Shown: one piece after another, positions 54,001 through 63,248 of the stretch | Position numbering within the stretch: position 1 is the stretch's first letter | Layout of the letters: every line of letters starts with the position of its first letter | Assembly: GCA_964594835.1 (NCBI GenBank) | Contig: CAZQNA010000003.1 | Location: 133,295-197,294, forward strand | Source: an uncultured Nitrososphaerota archaeon | Lineage (GTDB): Archaea > Korarchaeota > Korarchaeia > Korarchaeales > Korarchaeaceae | Length of the DNA: 64,000 nt | Direction: 5' to 3' | Program-made: the position numbers and the translations under genes | Notes under the pieces: generated by a model | Databases searched by the model: none | The model's input: the letters and a program-made list of their open reading frames with translations, nothing else | Told to the model about the DNA's origin: nothing

Positions 54001-55225
54001 CGTTGAACTCTGGGTTTTGGCTCAGCCAGGAGACGACGATCACGCCCTCTCGGCCCGGGAACCAGCAGTCCGCCCTCCCTGGGACCTCGAAGAACTCGCC
54101 GCCCGAGGCTATGCCCCCGGTGTATCCCTCGACGAGGACCGAGTCTGGTCCGAAGGCCGACACCGCCGGGCCCGCTCCGGGTGGGAGCGTGACGTTCCAG
54201 ATCACCCCCCCATCCCTGTTCAGCTTGACCAGGAGATCCCTCTCGCCCGCGTCCAGCACCAAGAAGGCTGCGTTGCCCCACGCCGTCCCTCCGACGGCCG
54301 GGTGGTCCAGCTCGTAGAGGAAAGCCGGCAGGCCCCTCATGGCCGACAGGTTCAGCCTCACCACCCTGACCCCGCACGCCAGGAATATGGCCCCGTCCGC
54401 GAACCCGAGTATCTTGGAGATGCCCCGCCGGTAGTAAGTGTAGAGGTAGGTGCCGCTCGAAGCGTCCGCCACGTGCAGCCCGTCGAAGTTCGCCCAGAAC
54501 AGGAGGCCACGATACTCCAGGACCTGGAAGGGCCTCCCGGACGAGCTCGTGCTCACGTCGATGTACGGGGGGTTGCCCGTGATCCTCGGGATGACCCGCG
54601 GGGGCGGGGGCTGCCCGGCCGGACGCGTCACCCCCGTGGCCGGGTCAACGGCAACCTCCTCCCCCCTCACATCGAGGCAGACCAGCTCCCTCCCGTTCCA
54701 GCGGCAACCTGACAGAAGAGTGGAATTCCAGAGGACGGAACCGCTCAGGTCAAGCGCCTCCCAGCCGACGTACTCGCCGATGTCGCCCTCCCGCGTCATC
54801 TCCCAGGCCTTGCCGACCAAGAAGTCCCCGACCAAGAAGGCATTCTCCACGTGGTGTCTGGAGAGCCAGACTATGTCCCCAGCCCTCACATCCACCGCGC
54901 CCACGCGGAGGCCCAACCTGACCAAGAGCAGGCCTCCCCTGGCCCCCAGTATGCGGGTGAACCTGCCCCCCACGGTCAGGCCCCGCCAGGTGCTCGGGGG
55001 CCTGAGAGACCACAGGACCTCCCCGCTCAGCGAGACGGCGTAGAGGGCCTCATTGGTGGCCACGAGGATCCTGCCTTCGTGAAGAGTCCCATCCACGAAG
55101 TTCGACTGATCGAGAGCGACTTCCCATTCTACCAGTGGAGCCCCGTGGGCGAGGGGGATGCAGGGGGACGATGAGAGCAAGAGCGTCAAGGTAAATACCT
55201 TTAACAGCGCTCCTGCTTTCCTCAT
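51074..55225 (-). CDS. Large surface protein: PQQ-type beta-propellers, Ig-like, helical domain, TM, SHOCT
   Basis: Repeated A.D...G...W blades, PVEGARV...TDGSG Ig motif, Pro/Thr/Glu linker, TM, YREGRIS tail. Confidence 0.85.
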   Translation of the reverse strand: MRKAGALLKVFTLTLLLSSSPCIPLAHGAPLVEWEVALDQSNFVDGTLHEGRILVATNEALYAVSLSGEVLWSLRPPSTWRGLTVGGRFTRILGARGGLLLVRLGLRVGAVDVRAGDIVWLSRHHVENAFLVGDFLVGKAWEMTREGDIGEYVGWEALDLSGSVLWNSTLLSGCRWNGRELVCLDVRGEEVAVDPATGVTRPAGQPPPPRVIPRITGNPPYIDVSTSSSGRPFQVLEYRGLLFWANFDGLHVADASSGTYLYTYYRRGISKILGFADGAIFLACGVRVVRLNLSAMRGLPAFLYELDHPAVGGTAWGNAAFLVLDAGERDLLVKLNRDGGVIWNVTLPPGAGPAVSAFGPDSVLVEGYTGGIASGGEFFEVPGRADCWFPGREGVIVVSWLSQNPEFNGTRAYDGRGRTLWEERVPCECPSTAGGLVFIPYVLRTADDWGYNTAVVDLDSGEEVFDLPYLVTSAAYRNGTYFLGGGGRGRTREGEFKYHEYGIRAYDEDLNQLWFARIEGVPQRVIPVGGTLIVLMSGEAAGLSPRSGELMWNLSLPRLKLGSGHFGCVVEGDGFLLVGSPGSGYWRIDPDGSVAWWRSPHVAYSGVCPVIAGDVVVFPIEGLGAEAYDPSTGELRWSLPLQSHRMLLSWDDQITFAGSSAGGAVSLSTLPALSVIVDAGDALDLAESGTVRVRVMSGTAPVEGARVLVRSTCWTDVSGFTDGSGEFSFEWTAPDTMGVCGFTAEATAEGYPPGFGRDSVIVGRELLELIDRKRNLIDRLKSLGYDESSIESQVSLWLSGGGSADAENFSRLVLAEEVVNFTYPYGVEFADSLTDSIAAFILSMMAVLDGLTEIATTSESGVVREVAGDLRGQVAETLALFLEHLSSAEGVPEDLGQAMSQAGSAVSLTAGSVGGIAEFFVEEGVNPAIESAGRGALMDWYVSETQGSLDWAASQAAAGEYGETYEKARAAVDSWERNATAGFEAALSAIDLFELISNATDLVSEVIGILSKVPVVGELTEMISLLNALIQTESNLYALSLSAAGMVSAAEGTAHGVSLAFYPGDPSSDEERTWITPDVDFEGFRDLLNRMKSGERVSIDEFSEAEEGLVERMALAGVRSDDPLSAFRAEAGILLTSAKVRACIIAGEDPAPFLGDLERSLDEASTTFRRLRVDASRRVVVISRVRLEGGRLTARVSNPTEEELTAVVSFLTEANLTSPPSRVVRISPGGSVEVWASADEWRGAHTLISATVIGGSATYYYVSPFERVSQPGPPEETSPPTETAPAPPLTSEGPREPAGPSGDRLSELPREAIRALERFLLPVVLALVAAVLAAAYVRKRRVREGEIRERLEKLDKAYREGRISRGLYLELKKRYEERRHSAS

Positions 55226-55528
55226 CGAACAACTTATCTTGAGTTAAATAAAGTTCTTCTCTCTCTGGGGCCTGACTCCCTGAAGTTCGCTTAGACGTGA
55301 TCCGGCACTGGGTCCGGAGAGCCGTCGGGGGGCTGGAGGGGGAGTCCGCCTCTTGGGAGGAGCTGAAGAGGGAGCCTGGGAAAAGTACTCCTCCTAAGCG
55401 GAGGATAAGGTGGTGTGGACCCTGAACCGATGACCCGGAGAACTCGAGCTGGGTGGTAATGCCGCGAACCCCACTGGGATTAAATCGCAACGAGAGTCCA
55501 CTTCAAGATTGTTGTCCCCTCGGGCGTC

Positions 55529-55660
55529 TCACCCGTACACCCTCCGCCTGTAGTGGACAGAGTAGACGTAGACGATCTTCGACTCAGGGTCTAGCCGAAA
55601 CACCACCCACCCTCAGCTTCCCAACCCGCATTCTGAGGTAGTTCTCCGCGTTCATGTAGA
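55529..55660 (-). pseudogene. RelE/ParE toxin C-terminal remnant
   Basis: YLRMRVGKLRV / frameshift / VFRLDPESKIVYVYSVHYRRRVYG*. Confidence 0.75.
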
Positions 55661-55676
55661 GCCCTGACGTAGGTCG

Positions 55677-57467
55677 TCACGTCTCCTGCGGAGATCGTAG
55701 AGGCCCCCGCCGGTTGTTGTCAACTTCAGGGTTGTATCCAGCCCCAGGCTCCTTGGTCCCTCTGAATCTCAAGTAGATGATCGCCACCGCGGCGGCCGCG
55801 GCCCCTAGCAGGGCCGTGATTGTCAGGAGGTGCCACTTCCCCTCGCGCCCCTCTGATCGCGACGGAGGCTCCCCGTACCGCTTGGCGGCAAGCATCAGCT
55901 CATCGAGCCTGCAGAACGCCACCTGATCGCCGTACCTTTGCCTTAACTTTTCAGCGATTTCTAGCACATCACTAACTTTTGGATAGTACCAGAGGCCTAT
56001 GCCAATTATTATAAACAAAGGCCTCCGGGACGTGGAGTCTATGTACCTCTCTATCGCCCCGTAGGCGGACTCGGGGTCTCCCATGAACCTGGGCACAATC
56101 CACACCTTATCGCCCACGAACCAGTACTCCTCGCTGAACTCCGGGCCGAATCCAAAGGCGAAGCCCTCCACATCCAACATCTGAGAGTAGAGCTGAAACA
56201 CCCTGTCGTCCTTCTTCCCGTGGTTGCTGAACCCCACCACCCTCAGCGAGCACCTCTCGAGGTACCCCCTCCCCCTCTCCAGGTACTCCTCAAGGTACGG
56301 AAAGTCTGAGGGCCTTATCCTCCCGCCGGCGTGGGCGGAGTAAAAGTAGTCGTTGTGGGCCCTCGTCTCGTAGTAGTACTGGACTATTCCCGGGCAGAGG
56401 TCCGTGACTATGGGGTCGAGCCACCAGCTTATTGGCAGCTCTCCCCTCCCTTCGCTCAGCCACATCCCGTAGTAGAAGTCCTGCATGGAGTTCAGGCCGA
56501 GGTCGGACACGACGAACGCCACGTATATCTTCTCGGGATCCAGCTCGACGCTGGACACGTGATCCTGCAGGTACTCCCTCTTCGCCGGAATCTTCGAGTG
56601 GAACGAGAAGTTCGGCGCGAGCCCCGTGGCCAGCACGTTGAGCAAGCCGTACCTTGACGTGAGGGAGACCCAGGCTCTCTCCAGAGCCGGATCCTCCGGG
56701 TAACCCAGGACCACCGCGAACTTGTTCATCCTCTCGTAGAACTCCCCGATCAGCTCAGCATCTTTCTCGACGCTCAGGCCTATCGAGCAAGCCCCATTGG
56801 CTATCACGTAGTCGATGACTGAAACCCTGTAGATCGCCACGCTGGGCTGAGTCGGGAACAGGTTTATCAGGCTCCTGTTGCAGCGGGGAAATACGTTATC
56901 CAAGAGCCACCTGTGGGCTGACTCCCCGTCCTCGAACATGCCCCTCAGATCATACTTCACCTCCAGGCCCGAGAGGATTGAACTTTGAGCGAGGGCGGGG
57001 TGGGCCACGATCAGCCCCTCAACGCTCGCAAGCGATACAGCCACGTTTATTGTCTCCGGGACCTCTGGGTCGTACACGACCAACCCGCCAACGAGGTCTC
57101 TGTACTTCTCCATCGCCTCGCTGAGGCTTATCCTTCTGTAACCCTGAATCCACCCCTTCTCCCTGTAGTATTCCAGCCACCTCTCGGAGGATGTGGGTCT
57201 CAGGTGCCTGCTCTCCCAAATAACGTATAGCGTGGGCCCTCTCCTGTTGACGATCCCCTGTAGGCTTAGCACGAGCAGCCTGACCTCCAGGCTCTTCCCC
57301 CTAAGGTCTATCACGTCCACCACGTTCCCGCCAGCCGAGGAGTCAACGGCCCCCGAATCCAATTCGAGGGATCCACCCGCCCTCCCCGCTGGCGTGCCAA
57401 AGCCGGGGGTTAGCGAGCACGCGAGAACGGTCAACGTCAGCCAGAGTGCTATTACTGCCCTGCTCAC
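55677..57467 (-). CDS. GxGYxYP-family putative glycoside hydrolase, secreted and anchored
   Basis: SLQGIVNR, GLVVYDP, VLGYP, NFSFHS, YVAFVVSD; C-terminal TM. Confidence 0.85.
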   Translation of the reverse strand: MSRAVIALWLTLTVLACSLTPGFGTPAGRAGGSLELDSGAVDSSAGGNVVDVIDLRGKSLEVRLLVLSLQGIVNRRGPTLYVIWESRHLRPTSSERWLEYYREKGWIQGYRRISLSEAMEKYRDLVGGLVVYDPEVPETINVAVSLASVEGLIVAHPALAQSSILSGLEVKYDLRGMFEDGESAHRWLLDNVFPRCNRSLINLFPTQPSVAIYRVSVIDYVIANGACSIGLSVEKDAELIGEFYERMNKFAVVLGYPEDPALERAWVSLTSRYGLLNVLATGLAPNFSFHSKIPAKREYLQDHVSSVELDPEKIYVAFVVSDLGLNSMQDFYYGMWLSEGRGELPISWWLDPIVTDLCPGIVQYYYETRAHNDYFYSAHAGGRIRPSDFPYLEEYLERGRGYLERCSLRVVGFSNHGKKDDRVFQLYSQMLDVEGFAFGFGPEFSEEYWFVGDKVWIVPRFMGDPESAYGAIERYIDSTSRRPLFIIIGIGLWYYPKVSDVLEIAEKLRQRYGDQVAFCRLDELMLAAKRYGEPPSRSEGREGKWHLLTITALLGAAAAAVAIIYLRFRGTKEPGAGYNPEVDNNRRGPLRSPQET

Positions 57468-57912
57468 TGGTCACCAACCTCCCTGTAAGTCCTCCTTCCG
57501 TCGAACCTCAGTCGAAAGTCGCCAGAGCCGCGTTTAGAGAGGAGTGGAAGATTAGCGTGTGATTCGCCCCCAGCATATCCCGAGGGGCGTGAAATTGCTT
57601 GCTGTCCAGCCCCTCCGCGCGTCAATCGCGATCCTGTCGTCAGGGAGAGCTTCCTGCTCATCACCCCATTCACCCTAAGCTGAGCGAGTTTAGGCGCGTT
57701 TGAATACCGCTGTCGCGAAGAAATGCGGTATGCTGCGGAACGCTCTGGAACAAGTGTTCCCCACGACAGGCCTGATGGCACATTCGAAGGTTCCAACCTC
57801 GCTTAAGGGTGCGCAGGCTGTCCCCCTCTGGAGAAACATCCTTCATCCTGACCCGCTGTCTGGTTAAAAAGGTCTCCGCGGGGATCGCCCGCGTCAACGC
57901 CCTCGAGGCCGA

Positions 57913-57940
57913 CGCCCCTCGGGGGCAGGGCCGTCTCGAC
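57913..57940 (+). repeat. 28-bp direct repeat, copy 2, in a decayed non-coding stretch
   Basis: Identical to 49410-49437; nearby AGGCTGAAGT is also shared. Confidence 0.85.
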
Positions 57941-58320
57941 GTGAAAACCAGGCTGAAGTGAGCCTAGAGGCGCCCGAAGGGTGGGTCTGGTGACGACCTT
58001 CACGGATCACGCCAGAGACGAGATAAGGACCGAACTTGAGAGGCTCGGCATTACCGAACGGGTCGTCGAAGAAAATCCCGGAGAATCCAGATGACCTGCC
58101 ATACGACACCCGAACCGCCAGGTTCGTGGCCGTAAGCTCGTTGGGGTCTCTGGCCACTAAGCAAGCTCACAATCGTCGCATACCCGAGATTCAGCCCGCA
58201 CCCCCTCGATCCGCGCGCAAGGAGATAGATAGAGGGCCCGGGGGGTGTGCTATCCAAGAGGAGTCGCGGAGGCGCTTCAATGTTATATCTGGGAGTGGGC
58301 TAACAGCCCGGAGGGTCTGA

Positions 58321-58564
58321 ATGACCCTGAGCCTTCGCGAGCTTGAGGAGCTAGTCACTTCGGAGGAAATGGCTGCCCTCTGAGATCAGGAGGTTCGAGG
58401 CGAGGTACGGCTTGAGCAGCGCCGAGTTCATCGAGTCCTAGAGGGAGGGGTTAATCCCCGAGCCCGAAGATCTGGAGGTCCACGGAGACTTCCTAGTGTG
58501 GGAGGCGCTCATAGAGGAGCTCAGAGAGGTTGAGGAGAGGCTAACCTCCGCAGGAGGAAGGTGA
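58321..58564 (+). pseudogene. TumA-like antitoxin pseudogene
   Basis: Frameshift near 58381, then EIRRFEARYGLSSAEFIES*REG...DFLVWEAL. Confidence 0.65.
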
Positions 58565-58565
58565 G

Positions 58566-58823
58566 TTGCCCTCCACGCTCGGTCAGAGAGTGACGCACAT
58601 CACGAGACTCCTCAGAGAGTTCGGCTTTACGTACGCCGTCCTGAAGGCCCTGAGGCCGGGGCCGCACCCAAACTGGAGACAGGCTTTCAGACAAAATTTC
58701 AGAGTAGTCGTGACCGAGTTCCTCAGAGATGATATGGTCAAGTACTCCTACACGCTCCTCGAAGACTCAGAGGTTCTGCTGAGGTACGACAACGCCCCCC
58801 GGTCACCCCGAGGTGCCCGCTGA
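58566..58823 (+). pseudogene. DUF6516 (TumE-like) toxin, truncated
   Basis: KYSYTLL...LLRYDNAP, after which the His-rich motif is lost. Confidence 0.65.
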
Positions 58824-58873
58824 AGTCCCTGGTGGACCTCGCCAGCTAAAGGCCCCGTTGAGAGCGGACGCCG

Positions 58874-59485
58874 GTGAGCTATTTATGTACTGTAGAACCT
58901 CCCTTCAGTGGGTTGGGGCTGAACGAGAGGTGGGTGAGGAAGTGCGTCGAGTGGTCGAGGAGGGAGGCCTCCAAGAGGAGGCAGGTCCTCACTCTGGCCC
59001 TGGGCACGGCGGTCTTCCTGCTGATCCTGCCAGCCCTCCTGATCACCGCGGGCCGAGGGCTGGACCACATCCTCGGGATCGCTGACCTCCTCGAGGGTTG
59101 GGCCTGGAGAGCCGTTGGGGCCGTGGCCGGGGCCTTGGGCTGGCTCTTCGCGGCGTGGTCTCTGTACGTTCAGCTCGTCCAGGGCAGGGGGACCCCGGTG
59201 CCGATCGAGCCGCCGAGGAGGCTGATCACCACCGGGCCGTACGCCCGCTGCAGGAACCCCCTGGCCCTCGGTACCCTCGTCTTCTACGTCGGGCTGGCCG
59301 TCGCATTTGGGAGCCCCTCCGCGGCGCTCCTCGCGCTGGGCCTGCTCTCCCCAGTCCTCGCACTCATCAAGCTGATCGAGGAGAGGGAACTCGAGGCGAG
59401 GTTCGGAGAGGATTACAGGGGGTACAGGGAGAGGACCCCCTTCCTGCTGCCCAGGGTGCGGCCCAAGCGCGGGGGCAGCGATTGA
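58874..59485 (+). CDS. Isoprenylcysteine carboxyl methyltransferase / PEMT family
   Basis: GRGTPVP, LITTGPY..RNP, EERELEARFGEDY..YRERTP. Confidence 0.9.
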   Translation: MSYLCTVEPPFSGLGLNERWVRKCVEWSRREASKRRQVLTLALGTAVFLLILPALLITAGRGLDHILGIADLLEGWAWRAVGAVAGALGWLFAAWSLYVQLVQGRGTPVPIEPPRRLITTGPYARCRNPLALGTLVFYVGLAVAFGSPSAALLALGLLSPVLALIKLIEERELEARFGEDYRGYRERTPFLLPRVRPKRGGSD

Positions 59486-59584
59486 GGCGGGTTTTCGCGT
59501 TGTGGCTTACGTAGAGCAGCACTCCTGACCCCGAGGGCCCGCCCTGGAGAACCAACCTCCCAGGCGCGAGGAGTCTTCGGAGCA

Positions 59585-60004
59585 CTACCGCCTCACGGAT
59601 TTCAGCTCCGCCACAAACTCCTCGAGCCTCACGGCACTTGGGCACTTCTCAAGCATGGCCTCGTCCTCCGTGACCAGCTTGATCCCCCGACCTTCCGCCA
59701 CATAGGCGTACGAGGAGTCGTAGAAGGACATGCCCCTCTCGACGGCCAGCCTGAGGACCCCGGGCAGGTCCTCGGCCTCCACCCGGATCTCCCTGAGGTG
59801 CCTCAGTACCTCCCTGAAGAGGGAGGAGGCCGACTCGAGGTCCTCTACCCTCCCCCTCCTAGCCTCCTTCCAGAGCACGTTACCGACCTCGTACTTGGTG
59901 AGGTCAAGGACTGCAAGCAGCCCTGCGTGGGCTAGAATATCCTCCCGGAGCCTGAGGATGGCCGGATACAGGGCTGAGGTGTCGATCAGGTACTCGGGAT
60001 CCAA
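59585..60004 (-). CDS. vapC: VapC PIN-domain toxin
   Basis: LIDTSALY, YEVGNVLWK, FYDSSY, LVTED. Confidence 0.93.
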   Translation of the reverse strand: MDPEYLIDTSALYPAILRLREDILAHAGLLAVLDLTKYEVGNVLWKEARRGRVEDLESASSLFREVLRHLREIRVEAEDLPGVLRLAVERGMSFYDSSYAYVAEGRGIKLVTEDEAMLEKCPSAVRLEEFVAELKSVRR

Positions 60005-60008
60005 GGCC

Positions 60009-60230
60009 TCACCTCTCCCCCCGAGACTCCCTCACCGCCAGGACCCACTCCTCCTCGCTCAGGTGCATGCCCCTGATGGCCCTCTCTAGGACCTCCCTGA
60101 ACTTCCTCTGCCTTGCCTTCAGTATCTCCCTGCTGATGGCCTCCTCGACGACCCTCCGAACGTCTATCCCCAGCTCCTCGGCTTCCCTCTTCAGTCCCCT
60201 CCTGACCCTGACCGACAGCACCTCGGACAT
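60009..60230 (-). CDS. VapB antitoxin (RHH)
   Basis: MSEVLSVRVRRGLK...EEWVLAVRESR. Confidence 0.9.
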   Translation of the reverse strand: MSEVLSVRVRRGLKREAEELGIDVRRVVEEAISREILKARQRKFREVLERAIRGMHLSEEEWVLAVRESRGER

Positions 60231-60235
60231 CGGGG

Positions 60236-60273
60236 TGTATACAGCTGCCTGCCTTATATCTTTTGTATACAAA
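60236..60273. promoter_or_regulatory. Tandem TGTATACA operators flanking the vapBC TATA box
   Basis: TGTATACA (60236-60243) and TTTGTATACAAA (60262-60273) on either side of CTTATATC. Confidence 0.75.
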
Positions 60274-60415
60274 GAGGGTCGGTAGTCCTCGGGGGATGGT
60301 ATCGGAATGACCTCATCGAGGGTTCTCACCACCGACCTAACGTTCAAGACGGTCTGGGGGTGAGCCCAAAGGCGGCGGCCATCTCAGGGGGGAACGCGGC
60401 CGACCTTGAGGGCCG

Positions 60416-61183
60416 CTAGATCTCGACGTCAACTCCCACCGGGCAGTGATCTGACCCTCTGACCTCCGGCAGGATGAATGCGTCCCACAGCCTGTCCTTC
60501 AGGGCTTGCGAGACGAAGATGTGGTCTATCCTCCACCCGAGGTTCCTCTTCCTGGCCCCGTAGCTCCGGGGCCACCGGGTGTAGTGCCCTTCACCTCGGC
60601 AGAACTCCCGGAAGGAGTCGACGAAGCCAAGCTCGATCAGCTTGGCCAGCCTCCCCCTCTCCGCAGGCATGAACATCGTGTTGTTCACGTTCTCCCTGGG
60701 CCTGGCCAGGTCTATGGACTCGCGGGCCACGTTGAAGTCTCCGGCCAGGATGATATTCGCGCTTGACAGCCCGCTGAGATACTCCAGTAGGGCGTCGTAG
60801 GCCTCGAGCTTGTACCCCATGTCCCTCTTGCCCCTGCCCCCGTGGGGCATGTAGACGTTGATCAGGACGAAGTCGGGGAAGTCCCACATCATGAACCTGC
60901 CCTCGGAGTCGAACCTGGGGTGGCCCAGGCTCCTCGAGACCCTCAGCGGTCTCAGCCTGGCCATGACGGCAGTCCCATGGAACCCCCTCCGCCTCGATGG
61001 GTTGGGGTAAGCCTGGTACCCGAGCGCGGCGAGGTCGAGCGGCAGAGCTACGCCTGAGGCCCTTATCTCCTGGAGGCAGATGAGGTCGGCGTCGATCCTC
61101 TTGAGCTCATCCGAGAATCCCTTCTCGTAGGCGGACCTCAGCCCGCAGACGTTCCAGGAGATCACCCTCATGCCCAACTTCAT
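60416..61183 (-). CDS. xth: Exodeoxyribonuclease III (AP endonuclease)
   Basis: SWNV, LQEI, EGR, GDFNVA, GWRID, GSDHCPV. Confidence 0.95.
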   Translation of the reverse strand: MKLGMRVISWNVCGLRSAYEKGFSDELKRIDADLICLQEIRASGVALPLDLAALGYQAYPNPSRRRGFHGTAVMARLRPLRVSRSLGHPRFDSEGRFMMWDFPDFVLINVYMPHGGRGKRDMGYKLEAYDALLEYLSGLSSANIILAGDFNVARESIDLARPRENVNNTMFMPAERGRLAKLIELGFVDSFREFCRGEGHYTRWPRSYGARKRNLGWRIDHIFVSQALKDRLWDAFILPEVRGSDHCPVGVDVEI

Positions 61184-61233
61184 GCTGGCATCCGCCCTTC
61201 AAAGAGCGTGACGCTGCCCTCATCAAAAAGATC

Positions 61234-61467
61234 TCAGCAATCCTCCCTGCAGAGTCGCTCAAACTCTTCCCTCGTTAGGCCAGCCTGCCTGAGTATGGCC
61301 CTGAGGGTACCTCTCGATATCTCCCTGTGGTCGGGGATCGTCAGCCTAGCTCGTGTCTCCCTGTGTCTCAAAATAATGTGACTCCCAGTTTGGTGATCTA
61401 CCTCGTAGCCGATCTTCTCGAGGATCTTAACCAGCTCTCTTCCAGACAGAACCGGGAGCCTAGGCAA
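61234..61467 (-). CDS. hicA: HicA toxin
   Basis: LSGRELVKIL...GSHIIL...IPDH...GTLRAILRQAG. Confidence 0.95.
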   Translation of the reverse strand: MPRLPVLSGRELVKILEKIGYEVDHQTGSHIILRHRETRARLTIPDHREISRGTLRAILRQAGLTREEFERLCREDC

Positions 61468-61681
61468 CTACCTCCACCGTGTCCTCCTCCACCTCTGGGA
61501 GCGGCTCCCCATGCTTCCTCAGGCTCTCTAGGTACCCCTTAATGGCGTCCTTTATGTTCTCCAAGGCCTCCTCCCTCGTTCTCCCCTGGGACACGCAGCC
61601 TGGGAGAGCGGGGCACTGAACCACGTACATCCCGTCCTCGTCCCTTTCTATGATCACTCTGAACCTCAGCCTCTCGCCCAT
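61460..61681 (-). CDS. hicB: HicB antitoxin
   Basis: PALPGCVSQGRTREEALENIKDAI. Confidence 0.95.
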   Translation of the reverse strand: MGERLRFRVIIERDEDGMYVVQCPALPGCVSQGRTREEALENIKDAIKGYLESLRKHGEPLPEVEEDTVEVVA

Positions 61682-61947
61682 TTCACTCAGAGGGAGGCGC
61701 CTTCACCTAAAAATAGTTCCGTGCGAGAAACTTCTGCCTGAGATAGAAGGCTCCAAATGGGATTAGGCCAGGGGCAGTCGCCTGTTGCACTCGCCGTCTA
61801 GAGGAGTAGTGTTTCAGCGCGTGACTCAGCATTTTTGTTCATCACGATTGAGCCAGGCTCAGAGAACGCATTATCGCAGTTTAGGAGGCTGGGGGAGAGG
61901 TCGGGAAGATCAGGCGGGAGTGGGCCTGGAAGGAGGCCTTAAAAGCC

Positions 61948-62562
61948 CTACCCGAGTGTGGGCGGAGAGATCCAGACCCTCAGCTTTGAGTACTTGGCTC
62001 CGAACCTCTTAAGCAAGCCCTCCAGGACCTTCTCTCCCCGCGACGGAACGAGAACCACTCCCCGCCCCAGCCGAGTTCCTCCAAGCTCCTCCAGCAGACC
62101 CTTGGTCTCGCTGACGTACACCCTCTCCCCACGCCTCTTCTTAGTCCTCCTACCGTATAGGGCTCTCTCGAGTCTCAGCTTCTCCGGCCTCTCGAGGTCG
62201 CTCATGTCGATTGAGAAGACGACGAAGGGCTCGAGCCTCAGGGGCCCAGCCTCCAGCGAGAGCTTCCTAGAGTAGAGCACCTCGCCTTCGCTGAGCGCAG
62301 CCTCCAGGAACTTCCTGTCCAGCCCACTCATGTGAGGATCGGTCACCAGCAGGGAGATGTCTCTGTCGAACTCCCGACCGACGTCCAGGGCTATCTCGCT
62401 GAGCGCGGCCTTCACATCATCACCCTGACCCTCGTCCAAGATCACCAAGAGGTCCACGTCGCTCCTCGCATCCGCCTCACCCCTGGCCACCGAGCCGAAC
62501 AGCAGGATCATCAGGGGCCTGTACCTGGAGGCCCGCCTGGCGAACTCAAAGGCCGCGTCCAA
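61948..62562 (-). CDS. MNT nucleotidyltransferase with extra C-terminal domain
   Basis: LFGSVARGE...SDVDL; about 95-aa basic C-terminal extension. Confidence 0.88.
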   Translation of the reverse strand: MDAAFEFARRASRYRPLMILLFGSVARGEADARSDVDLLVILDEGQGDDVKAALSEIALDVGREFDRDISLLVTDPHMSGLDRKFLEAALSEGEVLYSRKLSLEAGPLRLEPFVVFSIDMSDLERPEKLRLERALYGRRTKKRRGERVYVSETKGLLEELGGTRLGRGVVLVPSRGEKVLEGLLKRFGAKYSKLRVWISPPTLG

Positions 62563-62570
62563 GGGGTCGC

Positions 62571-62954
62571 TCAGGTCACCTCACCTCCCCGCCGAGGAAT
62601 CCTCTTCAGGCAGGCCTTCTCAATCTTCTCAAAGAGTTCCCGCGTCCTCTCTAGAGCCTCGCCGTCAATCCTGCCTCCGTAGGTCTGGCCTGGCCTTATC
62701 TGATTCTCTATTATCTGAAAGGATCTCCAAACAAGCTCTGTGTCTTCCTCGAAGAGCTCCGGGTTGGACTCTAGAATTCTCCTGACGTGTCTGTGTCTGT
62801 TTATGTGGAGATCCTTGAGAGCGGCCACGGCGTCTATCAGGTGAAAGGCCGCCTGGAAGTAGGCCTCAATTCGAGTAGGGATTGAGTTGTCCTCGTTCTG
62901 AGCGTCACGGAGGAACATCCCGTACTTGCGCATGTGCACCTCGTAGGACGCCAT
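62571..62954 (-). CDS. HEPN-like protein
   Basis: EAYFQAAFHLIDA...H...H helical pattern; upstream of the MNT gene. Confidence 0.7.
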   Translation of the reverse strand: MASYEVHMRKYGMFLRDAQNEDNSIPTRIEAYFQAAFHLIDAVAALKDLHINRHRHVRRILESNPELFEEDTELVWRSFQIIENQIRPGQTYGGRIDGEALERTRELFEKIEKACLKRIPRRGGEVT

Positions 62955-63089
62955 ATTCGTGATACTATATTACGCTTAGGAGGATTTAATCGTTTGCGTA
63001 AGATTATTTCACGGCCCTCCGCGCGAGGAACTCTGGAGGCTTGCGTAGCGCGGTATGCAGCTCAACATTTTGGCTCACCGCAATTAACC

Positions 63090-63248
63090 TACCCTCTAAC
63101 CGCTAGGTTCGTGGCCATAAGCTGGAGCCGCAACGTTGCAGTCATATAAGAGAGGTTCGGCCGCGAAGCCACCGTGATAACCGTAATATACAGCAGCCGG
63201 CTCAGAGACGTGGTGAGGAGAAGGAGGAGTGCGGGAAGGTGGATCTGA
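63090..63248 (+). pseudogene. DUF4258-like toxin remnant
   Basis: RFVAI...VAVI*ERFGREATVITVIYSS...RRRSAGRWI*; overlaps the DUF2283 start. Confidence 0.65.

Noticed and set aside
1656-54712. Numerous long antisense or alternate-frame ORFs (e.g. 1868-2944+, 16841-18172+, 23971-25224+, 52893-53942-)
   Set aside because: Shadow ORFs of high-GC genes; Pro/Arg/Gly-rich with no motifs.
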